Notes: generated by a model not told the origin, from the sequence alone. Positions 1-10,078 are shown, counted from the stretch's first letter. The stretch is DNA of 56,294 nucleotides from Simkaniaceae bacterium (GCA_050248615.1 JBFWSA010000013.1:1-56294), one strand, 5' to 3'. Numbers and translations are program-made.

Positions 1-1230
1 CTCATTCTTTTAGTGCTATTCTGCTTTCCTCTATTTGCATCTAAAGCTGAAGAAATCAAAGCAGCCCAAGCAGAAACGGGAAAACCCGCGACCATTAAAG
101 TCCTCTTAACCAAGGATTCAGAAGGTATCCTCCTTGAAGCACGGGGCTCCTTTGTCGTTTACAACCCTGAAAATGGGAAAAAAGTTAGCTCAGGCCATCG
201 AGGAAAACGTTTCTACTGTCATCCTCATCTTGAAGGGATTAAATGGGGAGAAGACTTCCTAGGTATTTTTCAACTCCAAATTCAGCCCACAAGCCCCGAT
301 ACAACATTCCTCGTCGATGGGATGCAATACCGTGGAGCGATTGAAATTTATCATGTAGAAGGGAAACTCAATATTATCAATGAAATAGATGTGGAAAGTT
401 TCATCAAATCTACCTTATCGGCAAAAATCCAAACCTCTCTACCCAACAGTGTCCTCGACGCCCTTGCTATCATCGCTCGTACGGATGCTTACTACACCGC
501 TTTACTTAACCATGAAGCTTTTTGGCACATCACGGCGCAAGAAATCGATTACCAGGGAATGGGCCTCTCCCTTCAGAATCTTGCGATAGACCGTGCTGTG
601 GATAATACACGCCACTTAGTCATGACTTTTGAAGAACAACCCTTTCCCAGTTCTTGGACAGAGCACTGCGGAGGAAAAACAGCGAGTTATGCTGCTATCT
701 TTCGAAAAAACACCTCTACTCCAGAAGGAATCAACTCTACTTTTGCGACCCACTCTCGCTCAGACTCTCACTGGAGTCTCACCCTCGATACCCAAGAGCT
801 TGCAAAAGTCGTCAAAACAAACCGGGTCACGGGAATGGATCTTTTTGTTGATCATTTCTCTGGAAAGGTCTATGCCGCTCGCATCCATGATGGAGCTCAT
901 ACGGAGGACATCAGTTTTCAGGACCTCCAAAAAGCTCTCGGAAAAGAGAAACTTAAAAGTAACGAGTTTACTGTGAATATCAAAGGAAACGTTGCAGCCT
1001 TTGAGGGATATGGAGTCGGCCCTGGCGTTGGACTCTGCCTATTTAGCGCCAAGCAAATGGCTGAGCGTGGGGATACAGCCCCCCAAATTCTTCAAATGTT
1101 TTTCCCCCATACTCAACTTGAGAAAATGCGTATTTATCCCGAAGCAATCGTTTCCGCTCATAAGAGTTCTTTTGTTTCCCCTAAACAACAAGAAGTTGCT
1201 AAGAAAAAACACCGTTTACTGAATAGGTAA
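1..1230 (+). CDS. SpoIID/LytB-domain protein, chlamydial type, with signal peptide; 5' end runs off the window
   Basis: Frame is open from base 1 (LILLVLFCFPLFASKA, signal-like). SpoIID motifs YRGAIEI, LNIINEIDVE, ALAIIART and GYGVGPGVGLCLFSAKQMAERG..QILQMFFP. Confidence 0.8.
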   Translation, partial: LILLVLFCFPLFASKAEEIKAAQAETGKPATIKVLLTKDSEGILLEARGSFVVYNPENGKKVSSGHRGKRFYCHPHLEGIKWGEDFLGIFQLQIQPTSPDTTFLVDGMQYRGAIEIYHVEGKLNIINEIDVESFIKSTLSAKIQTSLPNSVLDALAIIARTDAYYTALLNHEAFWHITAQEIDYQGMGLSLQNLAIDRAVDNTRHLVMTFEEQPFPSSWTEHCGGKTASYAAIFRKNTSTPEGINSTFATHSRSDSHWSLTLDTQELAKVVKTNRVTGMDLFVDHFSGKVYAARIHDGAHTEDISFQDLQKALGKEKLKSNEFTVNIKGNVAAFEGYGVGPGVGLCLFSAKQMAERGDTAPQILQMFFPHTQLEKMRIYPEAIVSAHKSSFVSPKQQEVAKKKHRLLNR

Positions 1231-1235
1231 TCAGC

Positions 1236-1598
1236 ATGGCCAAACCTCTCATCGCAAAAAATAAGGCAAAAGCTCTTTCTACAGCTCTCTTTCTGGTAGG
1301 ACTTGCCATCATTTTTTTCTTGGATTCTTGGTGGCCAGGAATCATGATTGTGATTGGAATTCCTTTAGCCCTGAAACAGTTTCTCAATGGCCGCTACCAC
1401 GATGCGGCCATCAGCCTCTTTGTTTTTGTCGGTTTTTTCATTATAGCTAACTTCAATATCTCCTGGAAAATCCTCATCCCCATCCTTTTCATTATGGCGG
1501 CTGTATACATCGTCTGTAAAGAGTGGGTCACAACCTCTACAGGAGAAGAGGAAGAAGAAACCACCCTCGAAGTTCCTGATGACGACTCAGAAAACTAG
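1236..1598 (+). CDS. Small integral membrane protein (about 4 TM, acidic C-tail)
   Basis: 120-aa ORF 5 bp after spoIID-like gene; four hydrophobic segments, WWPGIM motif, E/D-rich tail. Confidence 0.75.
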   Translation: MAKPLIAKNKAKALSTALFLVGLAIIFFLDSWWPGIMIVIGIPLALKQFLNGRYHDAAISLFVFVGFFIIANFNISWKILIPILFIMAAVYIVCKEWVTTSTGEEEEETTLEVPDDDSEN

Positions 1599-1630
1599 TG
1601 GTCCTTAATAAAAATTCTTCATATTGAGAG

Positions 1631-1710
1631 CTATTCAAATAAATTCAAAAGTTGGATTTTCGGTTGCGACAAAGTACGGTAATTCCCAATTTTAAATAAA
1701 TTTAGCTATA
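1631..1710. repeat. Degenerate half copy of palindromic element family A, ending in a TTTAGCTATA arm
   Basis: ttcaaaagttggattttcggttgcgacaaagtacggtaatt matches the reverse complement of the right arm of 4153-4316 (ttcaaaagttggatttttggctgcgccaaagcaccgtaatt). Confidence 0.7.
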
Positions 1711-1867
1711 GATCTCCTTTCTATAACTCCCATTTTTGCATAATTGTGATTTATAGAATGACATCTTATCGATCAAAAAATATTATAATCAACTAAAAAT
1801 AAGTCATTTATATCAAAAAACTAAATTTACAACTCTTTTTAAAAAGATCCTATGATAAATTGAATCT

Positions 1868-2605
1868 ATGCTTTTTGATGCCCATTTTCACATCATTGAC
1901 CCTGCTTTTCCGCTCCAGGAAAATCAAGGATTTTTTCCTGAACCTTTTACGACAAAGGATTACGCTAAATGGATGAAAAAGCTGGGAATCCAGGGAGGTG
2001 CTATTGTTTCGGGATCGTTTCAAGGATTTGACACAACCTACCTAGAGAGTGCTTTGAAGACGTTAGGGCCTCAATTCGTAGGTGTCATTCAAGCTCCCCA
2101 TTCGATCAGTGACTTGGAAATTATCCGGCTTTATACTTTGGGTGTACGTGCTGTCCGTTTTAATATGAAACGGGGGGGATCGGAAACCCTGGATCACTTG
2201 GAAACCTTTGCCCAGCGCATCTATGATCTCACAAGATGGCATGTCGAGCTTTATATAGACTCCTCTGAGCTTACCCCCCTGATGCCTCGATTAAAAAACC
2301 TTCCGGCTGTTTCGATCGACCATTTAGGACTTTCAAATAGGGGGCTTCCGGCGCTTCTGGAGTTAGCCGCCAAAGGGGGCAAAATCAAAGCGAGCGGATT
2401 TGGGCGTGTCGATTTTGAAGTGCTTCCCGCTCTAAAAAAAATCTATGCAGAAAATCCCGATAGCCTCCTTTTTGGTACAGACCTCCCCTCTACGCGCGCT
2501 AAGCGCCCTTTTTCTCGAGAGGATCTCACGTTGATTCAGGAAAACTTTTCGCAGGAAGAGGCAGAAAAAATTCTTTGGAAGAATGCTCTAGAATTTTATA
2601 GCTAA
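1868..2605 (+). CDS. Amidohydrolase_2 family protein (2-pyrone-4,6-dicarboxylate lactonase-like)
   Basis: N-terminal DAHFH metal motif, GVRAVRFN, WHVELY, SIDHLG, LFGTDLPSTRA. Confidence 0.85.
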   Translation: MLFDAHFHIIDPAFPLQENQGFFPEPFTTKDYAKWMKKLGIQGGAIVSGSFQGFDTTYLESALKTLGPQFVGVIQAPHSISDLEIIRLYTLGVRAVRFNMKRGGSETLDHLETFAQRIYDLTRWHVELYIDSSELTPLMPRLKNLPAVSIDHLGLSNRGLPALLELAAKGGKIKASGFGRVDFEVLPALKKIYAENPDSLLFGTDLPSTRAKRPFSREDLTLIQENFSQEEAEKILWKNALEFYS

Positions 2606-2636
2606 AGCAGTTTAAAAATGGAATGATTTAGCTATA
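2597..2636. repeat. 40-bp inverted repeat TATAGCTAAA...TTTAGCTATA between convergent genes; possible bidirectional terminator or collapsed element
   Basis: Perfect 10-bp arms, each containing the stop codon of one flanking gene. Confidence 0.55.
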
Positions 2637-3144
2637 GCTTAAAAAAAGAAAAGTAAGGGACATTTAATGTTTCGCGCCCTTTCAATGCACCGATTTCTAG
2701 GAGGGTTGCCGCTTCAACCACTTCTCCCCCCACGCGCTCCACAAGTTGACAGGCTGCGCGCATCGATCCTCCTGAGGCTAGCAAATCATCAATGATTAAA
2801 GCCCGCCCTACGTCTTGCTCTTCTATCTCAAAACAGTCCGTTCCGTACTCTCTCTCAAATTTCTGCGCTAGGGTAGGTTCGGGAAGTTTTCCGCACTTTC
2901 TAACAAGAACAAAAGGAATTTCCATTTCATAGGCAAGAATTCCCGCAAAAATAAACCCGCGAGACTCTAGCCCTAAAATGGTATCAATTTCATAGTCTTG
3001 ATACCGCTCCCAAAAAGCTCCCATCACCTCATGAAAGCCCTGCGGATCCCGAAGCAATTCTCCATACCACTGGAAAACAACCCCTGACTTGGGAAAATCC
3101 CTATGTTGCTGTAAATACTGGTGAATCCAACGGTTATTCATCAA
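2632..3144 (-). CDS. apt: Adenine phosphoribosyltransferase
   Basis: [29 protein letters not shown] and the PRPP motif [12 protein letters not shown]; 4-bp overlap with the trpS stop. Confidence 0.88.
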   Translation of the reverse strand: MMNNRWIHQYLQQHRDFPKSGVVFQWYGELLRDPQGFHEVMGAFWERYQDYEIDTILGLESRGFIFAGILAYEMEIPFVLVRKCGKLPEPTLAQKFEREYGTDCFEIEEQDVGRALIIDDLLASGGSMRAACQLVERVGGEVVEAATLLEIGALKGRETLNVPYFSFFKL

Positions 3145-4142
3145 TAATCAATCCCCATTGCAGCGCGAACGGCGCTAAGGGTTTTTGAAGCAGTTTCATT
3201 GGCCTTTTCAGTTCCCTTACGTAAAATGTCCATAATCCCCTCTAATTGGGTTTCGTATGCAGCACGCCGCTTTTGAATAGGCTCTAAAAATTCTAGAAGG
3301 ACTTCAAGAAGATACTTTTTGACAACGCTATCTCCTAGCCCTCCCCGCTCATAGTGTGCTTTGAGTTCTTGGATTTTATCTAGGTCTGTCCCAAAGGCAT
3401 CCAGGTAACTAAAGACGGGATTCCCTTCGACTTTTCCAGGATCTTCTACCCGCAAGTGATTGGGGTCGGTGTACATTTTCTTCACTTTTTTACTGACTTG
3501 ATCGGGTGGATCGCTTAAATAGATCGCATTCCCCAAAGACTTGCTCATTTTTGCCTGTCCATCAATTCCTGGTAAGCGAGCTATTTTGGGAATGAGCGCT
3601 TGAGCTTCCACGAGGACATCTGTATTATAGGTGCGATTGAACGCGCGCACCACTTCATTGGTTTGCTCAATCATGGGGCGCTGATCTTCCCCTACAGGAA
3701 CTAGAGTCGCTTTAAATGCTGTAATATCGGCTGCCTGAGAAATGGGATAGGTCATAAACCCAGCCGGAACGCTCTCTCCAAATCCTTTTTGTAGGATTTC
3801 CTGCTTCACAGTCGGGTTATGTTTGAGTCGATTCCAGGTCACAAGATTGAGATAATACATCGTGAGCTCGGGAAGGGCGGGTACAAGGGACTGAATAAAA
3901 ATCACTGTTTTTGCAGGATCTATCCCGACAGCTAAATAATCGAGAGCCACCTGCAAAACACTATCCCGCACGAGTTTGGACTCTTTAGCATGATCCGTTA
4001 GGGCTTGCAAATCAGCAATCATGACATACTGATCGCAGCGTGTTTGGAGCTCTACTCTAGAGCGGAGCGACCCTACATAGTGACCCAAATGGAGAGGTCC
4101 TGTGGGACGATCCCCGGTTAAAATGATCTCTTTTTTACTCAT
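3141..4142 (-). CDS. trpS: Tryptophan--tRNA ligase
   Basis: [16 protein letters not shown] (HIGH-like), [21 protein letters not shown]. Confidence 0.97.
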   Translation of the reverse strand: MSKKEIILTGDRPTGPLHLGHYVGSLRSRVELQTRCDQYVMIADLQALTDHAKESKLVRDSVLQVALDYLAVGIDPAKTVIFIQSLVPALPELTMYYLNLVTWNRLKHNPTVKQEILQKGFGESVPAGFMTYPISQAADITAFKATLVPVGEDQRPMIEQTNEVVRAFNRTYNTDVLVEAQALIPKIARLPGIDGQAKMSKSLGNAIYLSDPPDQVSKKVKKMYTDPNHLRVEDPGKVEGNPVFSYLDAFGTDLDKIQELKAHYERGGLGDSVVKKYLLEVLLEFLEPIQKRRAAYETQLEGIMDILRKGTEKANETASKTLSAVRAAMGIDY

Positions 4143-4152
4143 GACTTTAAAA

Positions 4153-4316
4153 TATACTCAAACAATTTCTAAAGTTGGTTTTAGGCTAACGCGAAAGCTT
4201 TCGGAATTCGTCGATCTTAAATGACCTAATATTAGAAATATGAAGCCATTTAAGATCGGCAAATTACGGTGCTTTGGCGCAGCCAAAAATCCAACTTTTG
4301 AAGTTGCTTGACTATA
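4153..4316. mobile_element. 164-bp palindromic MITE-like element, family A (full copy)
   Basis: Left tatactcaaacaatttctaaagttggttttaggct pairs with right agccaaaaatccaacttttgaagttgcttgactata; inner gatcttaaatg pairs with catttaagatc; related copies elsewhere in the window. Confidence 0.8.
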
Positions 4317-4367
4317 GCATAATTTTTCCTTTGAAGAAAGAGGAAAATCTTTGCTATTGTCCAAGCA

Positions 4368-7217
4368 ATGGAAAAGAAATCCAATCAAGAGTCAGAATAC
4401 ACTTTCCCCATGCAATTGGGGCCCTACAAGCTCATAAAATTCATCGCAAAGGGGGGAATGGGTGAGATTTTTTTAGCTGAGGATCCTCAATGTGAACGAA
4501 TCGTTGCCCTTAAACGCATCTTGCCCAACCATGCAACAAAAGAAATTTTGCGCAATCGCTTTTTAAATGAGCCCCGTATCGCCGCTCAACTTCCCCATCC
4601 CTCTATTATCCCTGTCTATGACCTCCATGAAGAAGAAGAGACCATCTATTACACCATGCCCTACATTGAAGGACAGACATTGCGTGCTATTTTAGGGAAA
4701 ACACGGTTTGCCATTGAACATGGCCTCCCTCCTTACCCTATCGGCTCTTCGATCCAAACTTTAATGCTCATGTTTTTAAATATCTGCAATGCGATCCAAT
4801 ACTCTCACTCGAAAGGATTTCTCCATCGGGATATCAAGCCAGAAAATATTATTGTGGGAAAATTTAATGAGGTCATGATTTTAGACTGGGGTGTCGCTAC
4901 AAAAATAGAAAATGTGGAGAAAGAGGAAAATGAAGAAAAAAAACAGAAAGAGGAGGAAAAACAGGTACTAGGGGGGCTCACAAAACCGGGAAAAACAGTG
5001 GGTACGGTTGAATTTATGGCCCCTGAACGGGCTTTTGGGGCAACTTCCAGTGTCTTAACAGATATTTACTCTTTAGGAGCTACCCTCCATTACATTTTAA
5101 CTCTTCACTTTCCTTTTAAACGCCCCGCCACCCTAAAAGAGTGGCGGAAGCAACTGCGAGAAGAGGGGGTTGAGAAACCCCTAGATCCCCAAGAAATCGC
5201 CCCTTATCGAGAAATCACTCCCCATCTGGCACGTATCGCTCTCAAATGCATGCATATTGATCCCAAAAAACGTTATCAAAATGTCAACGAGATCATTTTA
5301 GAACTACAACAGTATATCCAAGGACGCCCTGAATGGATCCCCACTAGAGATTTCGAGATCGATTGTGCAAGTGACTGGCAGTTTCAGGAGAATGTCTTAC
5401 TTTCAAAGCAAATGGCAATCTCTCGCTATGCCGGAATGACGGAATGGGTCATGCTCATGCTTTCTAAAGACTCTTACTCGGGAAATATTCAAATCAAAAC
5501 CAAAGTTAAGCTGAGGGAAAGTTGTCTAGGACTCGGATTTCTGATGTGCGTTCCTAACTCAAAACAAGGGAGAGCGTTAGAAAGTGGGTATGTCGTTTGG
5601 ATCGGCTCCAGAAAACATCCCGGATGTATGCTTTTACGCTCGAATATCGAAGTGATCAACCTAGAACACGTCTCTCTCGAACCTGAAAAATGCTATACGA
5701 TTTCTCTGGAACGCCAAGATAATATTTTCCGCCTCTTCATTGATGAAAAACCCATTCTGAGTTACATCAGCCACATTCCTCTTGTGGGAGGACATTTTGG
5801 TCTCCTTTTCCGAGATACAGACTTTGATATGGATCCCCTGACGCTTCTCAGTGGAAGCCAAAATGTTTTAGTCAACTGCCTCTCCGTCCCCGATGCCTTT
5901 TTGATGAACAAATACTATCTTAGAGCTTTAGCAGAATACCGACGGATCGCCCACTCTTTTAAAGGGCGGTCAGAGGGGCGCGAAGCAACATTTCGTGCAG
6001 GATTAACCCTGATTGAACAAGGAAAAAACCAAAAGTCTCTCACCAAAGCCAAGGTGTACTTTAAAGAGGCTCAAGAAGAGTTTGAAAAGCTCCACAACAC
6101 CCCGGGCGCTCCCATTGAATATTTAGGAAAATCCCTTGTTTATCGAGCTGAAAACAATCTACTAGAGGAAACAAAGTGCTTAGAGCTTGCCTTGCGCATG
6201 TATCCCACACACCCTTTAAAACATGTGCTTGAAGAACACATCACCTTTCGCCTCCATGAATCAGCCCAAAAAAACCGCGTTGTTGCCTATACCTTTATCC
6301 TCATGACCATCCGCTTACTCCCTAAAGTTTATGAGAAAAAAGAGGCACAAATTTTGATCAAAAACCTTACGGAAAGTTGGGAACCGCTCCCCTTCCTAGA
6401 TCTCCCCTCTAATCTCAAAGAGGACCTTCAGATTGAAATTAGCCTCCCCCAAATTCTTGCCTTCTATCTAGCGCGTCCCAGCGTTCTTTATGAACTCACG
6501 TTGGGAATATTAGAAAGGGGAAAAGAACGTTTCCGTCTTCTGAAAAATACTTTTTCTGCTCTCTATGCCTTAAGATATCCCCGTCTGATTCACTTCCTCA
6601 TGAACGTAAAATGCGCAAAGGAATCCGATCCTGAGTTTCTCATGATCAAAAATGTGTTCACCATTCTGATGGATCCCTCTTCAACTCCTGAAAAATTAGA
6701 GCTTCTCCTCCCTAATACAAGCCCTAAGCTCCTCTCTCTTCTCATAGAACAATCTCTAACGATTAAAAATGCAGAAGCACTCCTTCCTATCTTGAAGAAA
6801 ACAGCAGCTTTCGAAGTGGAATATGTTTGGGCCTTGCTCTTGACTGGAAACCCAACCGAAGCACTCAAAAAACTCAAGACTCAGGATGTATCCAATCCCC
6901 ACTCCCCCTTTTACATCCTTCAGGGATGCTATCTTGCCAGCACTCAAGGAGAAGGGGCCTCCTTATCCCATTTTGATCCTTTGATTGAAAGTGCTTTTCC
7001 TCCAACAACTACCCTTTTGGGACACTTTCTTAAAAAGAATATCGACTTGAAATTTCCCTGGTTTAATCAGGCTTTTTTATGGGAAAAAGTTCAACTCTAT
7101 CGCCAGCTCGCGCTCTATTATACCTGCCTCAACAAGCCCCGCAAAGCCACTGAGTGTGAAAAAATGGTGGATAAACTGTTTGCAGAATATGAACATCCTT
7201 TAGACTTTATCAATTGA
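4368..7217 (+). CDS. pknD: Ser/Thr protein kinase PknD, paralog 1
   Basis: KGGMGEIF, VALKR, HRDIKPENI, DWG, GTVEFMAPE, followed by a beta-rich domain and a TPR-like region (VNCLSVPDAFL, GRSEGREATFRAG); upstream of valS as in Chlamydia. Confidence 0.9.
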   Translation: MEKKSNQESEYTFPMQLGPYKLIKFIAKGGMGEIFLAEDPQCERIVALKRILPNHATKEILRNRFLNEPRIAAQLPHPSIIPVYDLHEEEETIYYTMPYIEGQTLRAILGKTRFAIEHGLPPYPIGSSIQTLMLMFLNICNAIQYSHSKGFLHRDIKPENIIVGKFNEVMILDWGVATKIENVEKEENEEKKQKEEEKQVLGGLTKPGKTVGTVEFMAPERAFGATSSVLTDIYSLGATLHYILTLHFPFKRPATLKEWRKQLREEGVEKPLDPQEIAPYREITPHLARIALKCMHIDPKKRYQNVNEIILELQQYIQGRPEWIPTRDFEIDCASDWQFQENVLLSKQMAISRYAGMTEWVMLMLSKDSYSGNIQIKTKVKLRESCLGLGFLMCVPNSKQGRALESGYVVWIGSRKHPGCMLLRSNIEVINLEHVSLEPEKCYTISLERQDNIFRLFIDEKPILSYISHIPLVGGHFGLLFRDTDFDMDPLTLLSGSQNVLVNCLSVPDAFLMNKYYLRALAEYRRIAHSFKGRSEGREATFRAGLTLIEQGKNQKSLTKAKVYFKEAQEEFEKLHNTPGAPIEYLGKSLVYRAENNLLEETKCLELALRMYPTHPLKHVLEEHITFRLHESAQKNRVVAYTFILMTIRLLPKVYEKKEAQILIKNLTESWEPLPFLDLPSNLKEDLQIEISLPQILAFYLARPSVLYELTLGILERGKERFRLLKNTFSALYALRYPRLIHFLMNVKCAKESDPEFLMIKNVFTILMDPSSTPEKLELLLPNTSPKLLSLLIEQSLTIKNAEALLPILKKTAAFEVEYVWALLLTGNPTEALKKLKTQDVSNPHSPFYILQGCYLASTQGEGASLSHFDPLIESAFPPTTTLLGHFLKKNIDLKFPWFNQAFLWEKVQLYRQLALYYTCLNKPRKATECEKMVDKLFAEYEHPLDFIN

Positions 7218-10054
7218 GAGCTCATTCCATGGACGACCAAAAAAAAATGCCTGAATACCAATTTCCCATGAACTTAGGGAAGTATAAGCTCCTCAAGTGG
7301 GTGGGAGCTGGAGGTATGGGAGAGGTTTTTTTAGCAGAAGATCCCAACTGCCAACGCAGAGTCGCCCTCAAACGCCTGCAAGAACACTCTTTTGACTCTC
7401 CTCATAGCTACAACCGCTTCCTTGCTGAGGCTAAAATTACAGCCCACCTATCCCACCCCTCTATTATTCCTGTTTATTCTCTTCACATAGAACCGCGCCA
7501 AATCTTTTACACAATGCCCTATATTGAAGGGGAAACGCTTCATGAAATTCTGGTCAAAACCAAATATGCCAGAGATAATGGTCTTGAGCCCCACATGACG
7601 GGTTCTTCCGTCTATGCCTTGATGCTCATGTTTTTAAACATTTGCCAGGCAATTCACCATGCGCATGAGCGGGGCTATCTTCACCGCGATATTAAACCTG
7701 CCAATATTATGGTTAGAAATTTTACCCAAGTGGTGATTCTAGATTGGGGAACCGCTACAGCAATTGGCACCATGGAAGAGTATGAGGTCTACTTCCAAAA
7801 TAAGGGTGAGTTTCCCGACAAACGCTTGACCTTTCCTGAAAGCCCCATGGGAACAGTAGACTATATGGCTACCGAGCTCGCTTTTGAGAAAATGCCCAGT
7901 ATTCAGTCAGACATTTTTTCTCTAGGGGCTACCCTCTATTTCATGCTTACGCTCGAAGAAGCCTTTGATCGTCCGAAAGATATCAGAGAGTGGAAAGAAC
8001 AGCTGAGTGAAAAAGGACCCGAACGTGTTTTAGACCCACAGATTGTGGCTCCAGAAAGAGAGATCACTCCCCATCTTTCCCGCATCGTGATGAAATGTTT
8101 GGATGCTCCTTCGAGGCGCTATAGAAGCGTACAAGAAATCATCCAGGACATCCAATCCTACATCCGAGGAGAACCTGAATGGACGGTGTCGAATCACTTT
8201 CATATCGACCGCGCCGCTGACTGGGAGTTTCAAGAAAACATTCTCTTGGCTAAACATATGGCGATTTCTCGGTATGCGGGAGTGATGGAGTGGGTCATGC
8301 TCATGCTCTCTAAAGAGGCTTATTCGGGAAATATTCAAGTCTCCGTCACCGTAAAGCTCAGTTCGGAGTGCCGCGGCATTGGCTTTCTTTTATGCGTTCC
8401 CGAAAAAAGTGAGCGGGACAGTTTAGAAAGTGGGTACCTTTTTTGGGTGGGATCGAAACGACATCCTGGATGTAAATTCTTGCGGTCGAATGTTGAAGTT
8501 ACGAGTACAGACCATGTCTATTTAGAAGCCGATCGAGAGTATGCCCTTACTGCAGAAAGACAAGATAATAGCTTCCGTTTTTATATCAACGGAGAATTGA
8601 TCATCCATTACATCAGCCATATCCCTGTTGTGGGGGGGCAATTTGGTCTCCTTTTCCGCGATGCAAATTTCCATATCAGTCCCATTACCCTCCTTATCGG
8701 AAGTCAAAATGTTCAAGTGAATTGTCTTTCCGTCCCTGATGCGTTTTTAATGATTAAAGACTATCCCAAAGCCTTGAGTGAATACCGTCGGATTGCGACC
8801 TCTTTTAAAGGACGTGCCGAAGGGAGAGAAGCGACATTTAGAGCTGGAATCACCTTGATAGAAATGGGAAAAACCCAAAAGAAGAAAGCCAAAGAATCCT
8901 TCACAAAAGCTCTTGAAGAGTTTGAAAAGCTCCACAAAACCGCGGGAGCCCCTTTGGAATATCTGGGAAAATCTCTCGTTTACCGCGCTGAAAAAAACTT
9001 GGATGAAGAGACGAAATGTTTAGAACTTGCGATTCGGATGTACCCTAGACATCCCCTCACGCATGTGATTAAAGAACACATCATGTTCAGACTCCATGAA
9101 ACCGCACAAAAAGATCGGATAGGAGCTTACACCTTTGCCCTTCTGACGATCCGTCAACTCCCGACTATTTATGAAAGACACGAAGCTCAAGTGTTCATCC
9201 AAAACCTGCGTAATAGTTGGGAAGATCTCTCTTTTATTGAAGCCCCGACAAACTTTCCCAAAGAAAAACTCGAACAAATCTATCTCTCTATTCAAATTGC
9301 CTTTTGGCTTGCCCGTCCGACAAGCCTCTATGAACTTTCCTTAGAAATCCCCAAAGATTATAAAGAGCGCTTCAAGCTCCTAGAAAATGCCTTTTTATCT
9401 TTGATCGCCCTCGGCTATCCCCGACTTGTCGACTTCATCCTCAACATTAAATTCAAAAACGAAAGTGATCCCGAGTTTCTCCTACTTAAAAATCGTTTTG
9501 AGATCCTCATGAGCGATTCTCCCTTGACCGACAAATTAGACCTCCTCCTTGCAAATGCCCCTTTGAAATACTTGATCCCTCTCTTAAAAAAAGGGCTCAC
9601 GATCAAAGAAGCCCCCAAACTCATCCCCTATCTCGATAAAGGAGACTTTCGCAGTTGCATAAAAATTTGGACCTTTCTTCTCGCAGGAAAAAATGGAGAA
9701 GCCCACTGTCTTTTGGAGTTAGAAGACAGGAGCAATACCAGTCATCCCTCTCATATGCTCCAAGGATGTTATCTTGCTGCGACTCGAGGGGAAAAAGCTG
9801 CTCTCGAGCACTTTGAAACCTTTATCGAAACCCCCTTCCCCAAAACACCTACCCTCTTGGGTCACTTCCTTCAAGGAAATATTGACCTGAAATCCCCATG
9901 GTTTAAAGAAGCTTTCTTTTGGGAGAAAATTGAACTTTACCGTCAACTTACCCTCTACTACCATTGCTTAAAAAAACCTCGCAAAGCAGCTGAATACGAA
10001 AAAATGCTTGAAAAAGAATTTTCTAAGTCACAAATCCCTTTGAATTTCATTTAA
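7214..10054 (+). CDS. pknD: Ser/Thr protein kinase PknD, paralog 2 (start may be ATG 7229)
   Basis: GAGGMGEVF, VALKR, HRDIKPANI, DWG, GTVDYMATE; collinear over its full length with the upstream kinase. Confidence 0.9.
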   Translation: MRAHSMDDQKKMPEYQFPMNLGKYKLLKWVGAGGMGEVFLAEDPNCQRRVALKRLQEHSFDSPHSYNRFLAEAKITAHLSHPSIIPVYSLHIEPRQIFYTMPYIEGETLHEILVKTKYARDNGLEPHMTGSSVYALMLMFLNICQAIHHAHERGYLHRDIKPANIMVRNFTQVVILDWGTATAIGTMEEYEVYFQNKGEFPDKRLTFPESPMGTVDYMATELAFEKMPSIQSDIFSLGATLYFMLTLEEAFDRPKDIREWKEQLSEKGPERVLDPQIVAPEREITPHLSRIVMKCLDAPSRRYRSVQEIIQDIQSYIRGEPEWTVSNHFHIDRAADWEFQENILLAKHMAISRYAGVMEWVMLMLSKEAYSGNIQVSVTVKLSSECRGIGFLLCVPEKSERDSLESGYLFWVGSKRHPGCKFLRSNVEVTSTDHVYLEADREYALTAERQDNSFRFYINGELIIHYISHIPVVGGQFGLLFRDANFHISPITLLIGSQNVQVNCLSVPDAFLMIKDYPKALSEYRRIATSFKGRAEGREATFRAGITLIEMGKTQKKKAKESFTKALEEFEKLHKTAGAPLEYLGKSLVYRAEKNLDEETKCLELAIRMYPRHPLTHVIKEHIMFRLHETAQKDRIGAYTFALLTIRQLPTIYERHEAQVFIQNLRNSWEDLSFIEAPTNFPKEKLEQIYLSIQIAFWLARPTSLYELSLEIPKDYKERFKLLENAFLSLIALGYPRLVDFILNIKFKNESDPEFLLLKNRFEILMSDSPLTDKLDLLLANAPLKYLIPLLKKGLTIKEAPKLIPYLDKGDFRSCIKIWTFLLAGKNGEAHCLLELEDRSNTSHPSHMLQGCYLAATRGEKAALEHFETFIETPFPKTPTLLGHFLQGNIDLKSPWFKEAFFWEKIELYRQLTLYYHCLKKPRKAAEYEKMLEKEFSKSQIPLNFI

Positions 10055-10062
10055 AGTCCAGC

Positions 10063-10078
10063 TATACTCAAACAACTT
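10063..10078 (+). repeat. Terminal remnant of family A element abutting the valS start codon
   Basis: tatactcaaacaactt is the exact reverse complement of the ends at 16482 and 53228; ATG follows at 10079. Confidence 0.6.

Noticed and set aside
4158..4465. ORFs 4158-4388 and 4274-4465 (likewise 16380-16670, 32141-32323, 36631-36888 and 36751-37080)
   Set aside because: They run through palindromic elements and overlap real genes; treated as by-products of the repeats.
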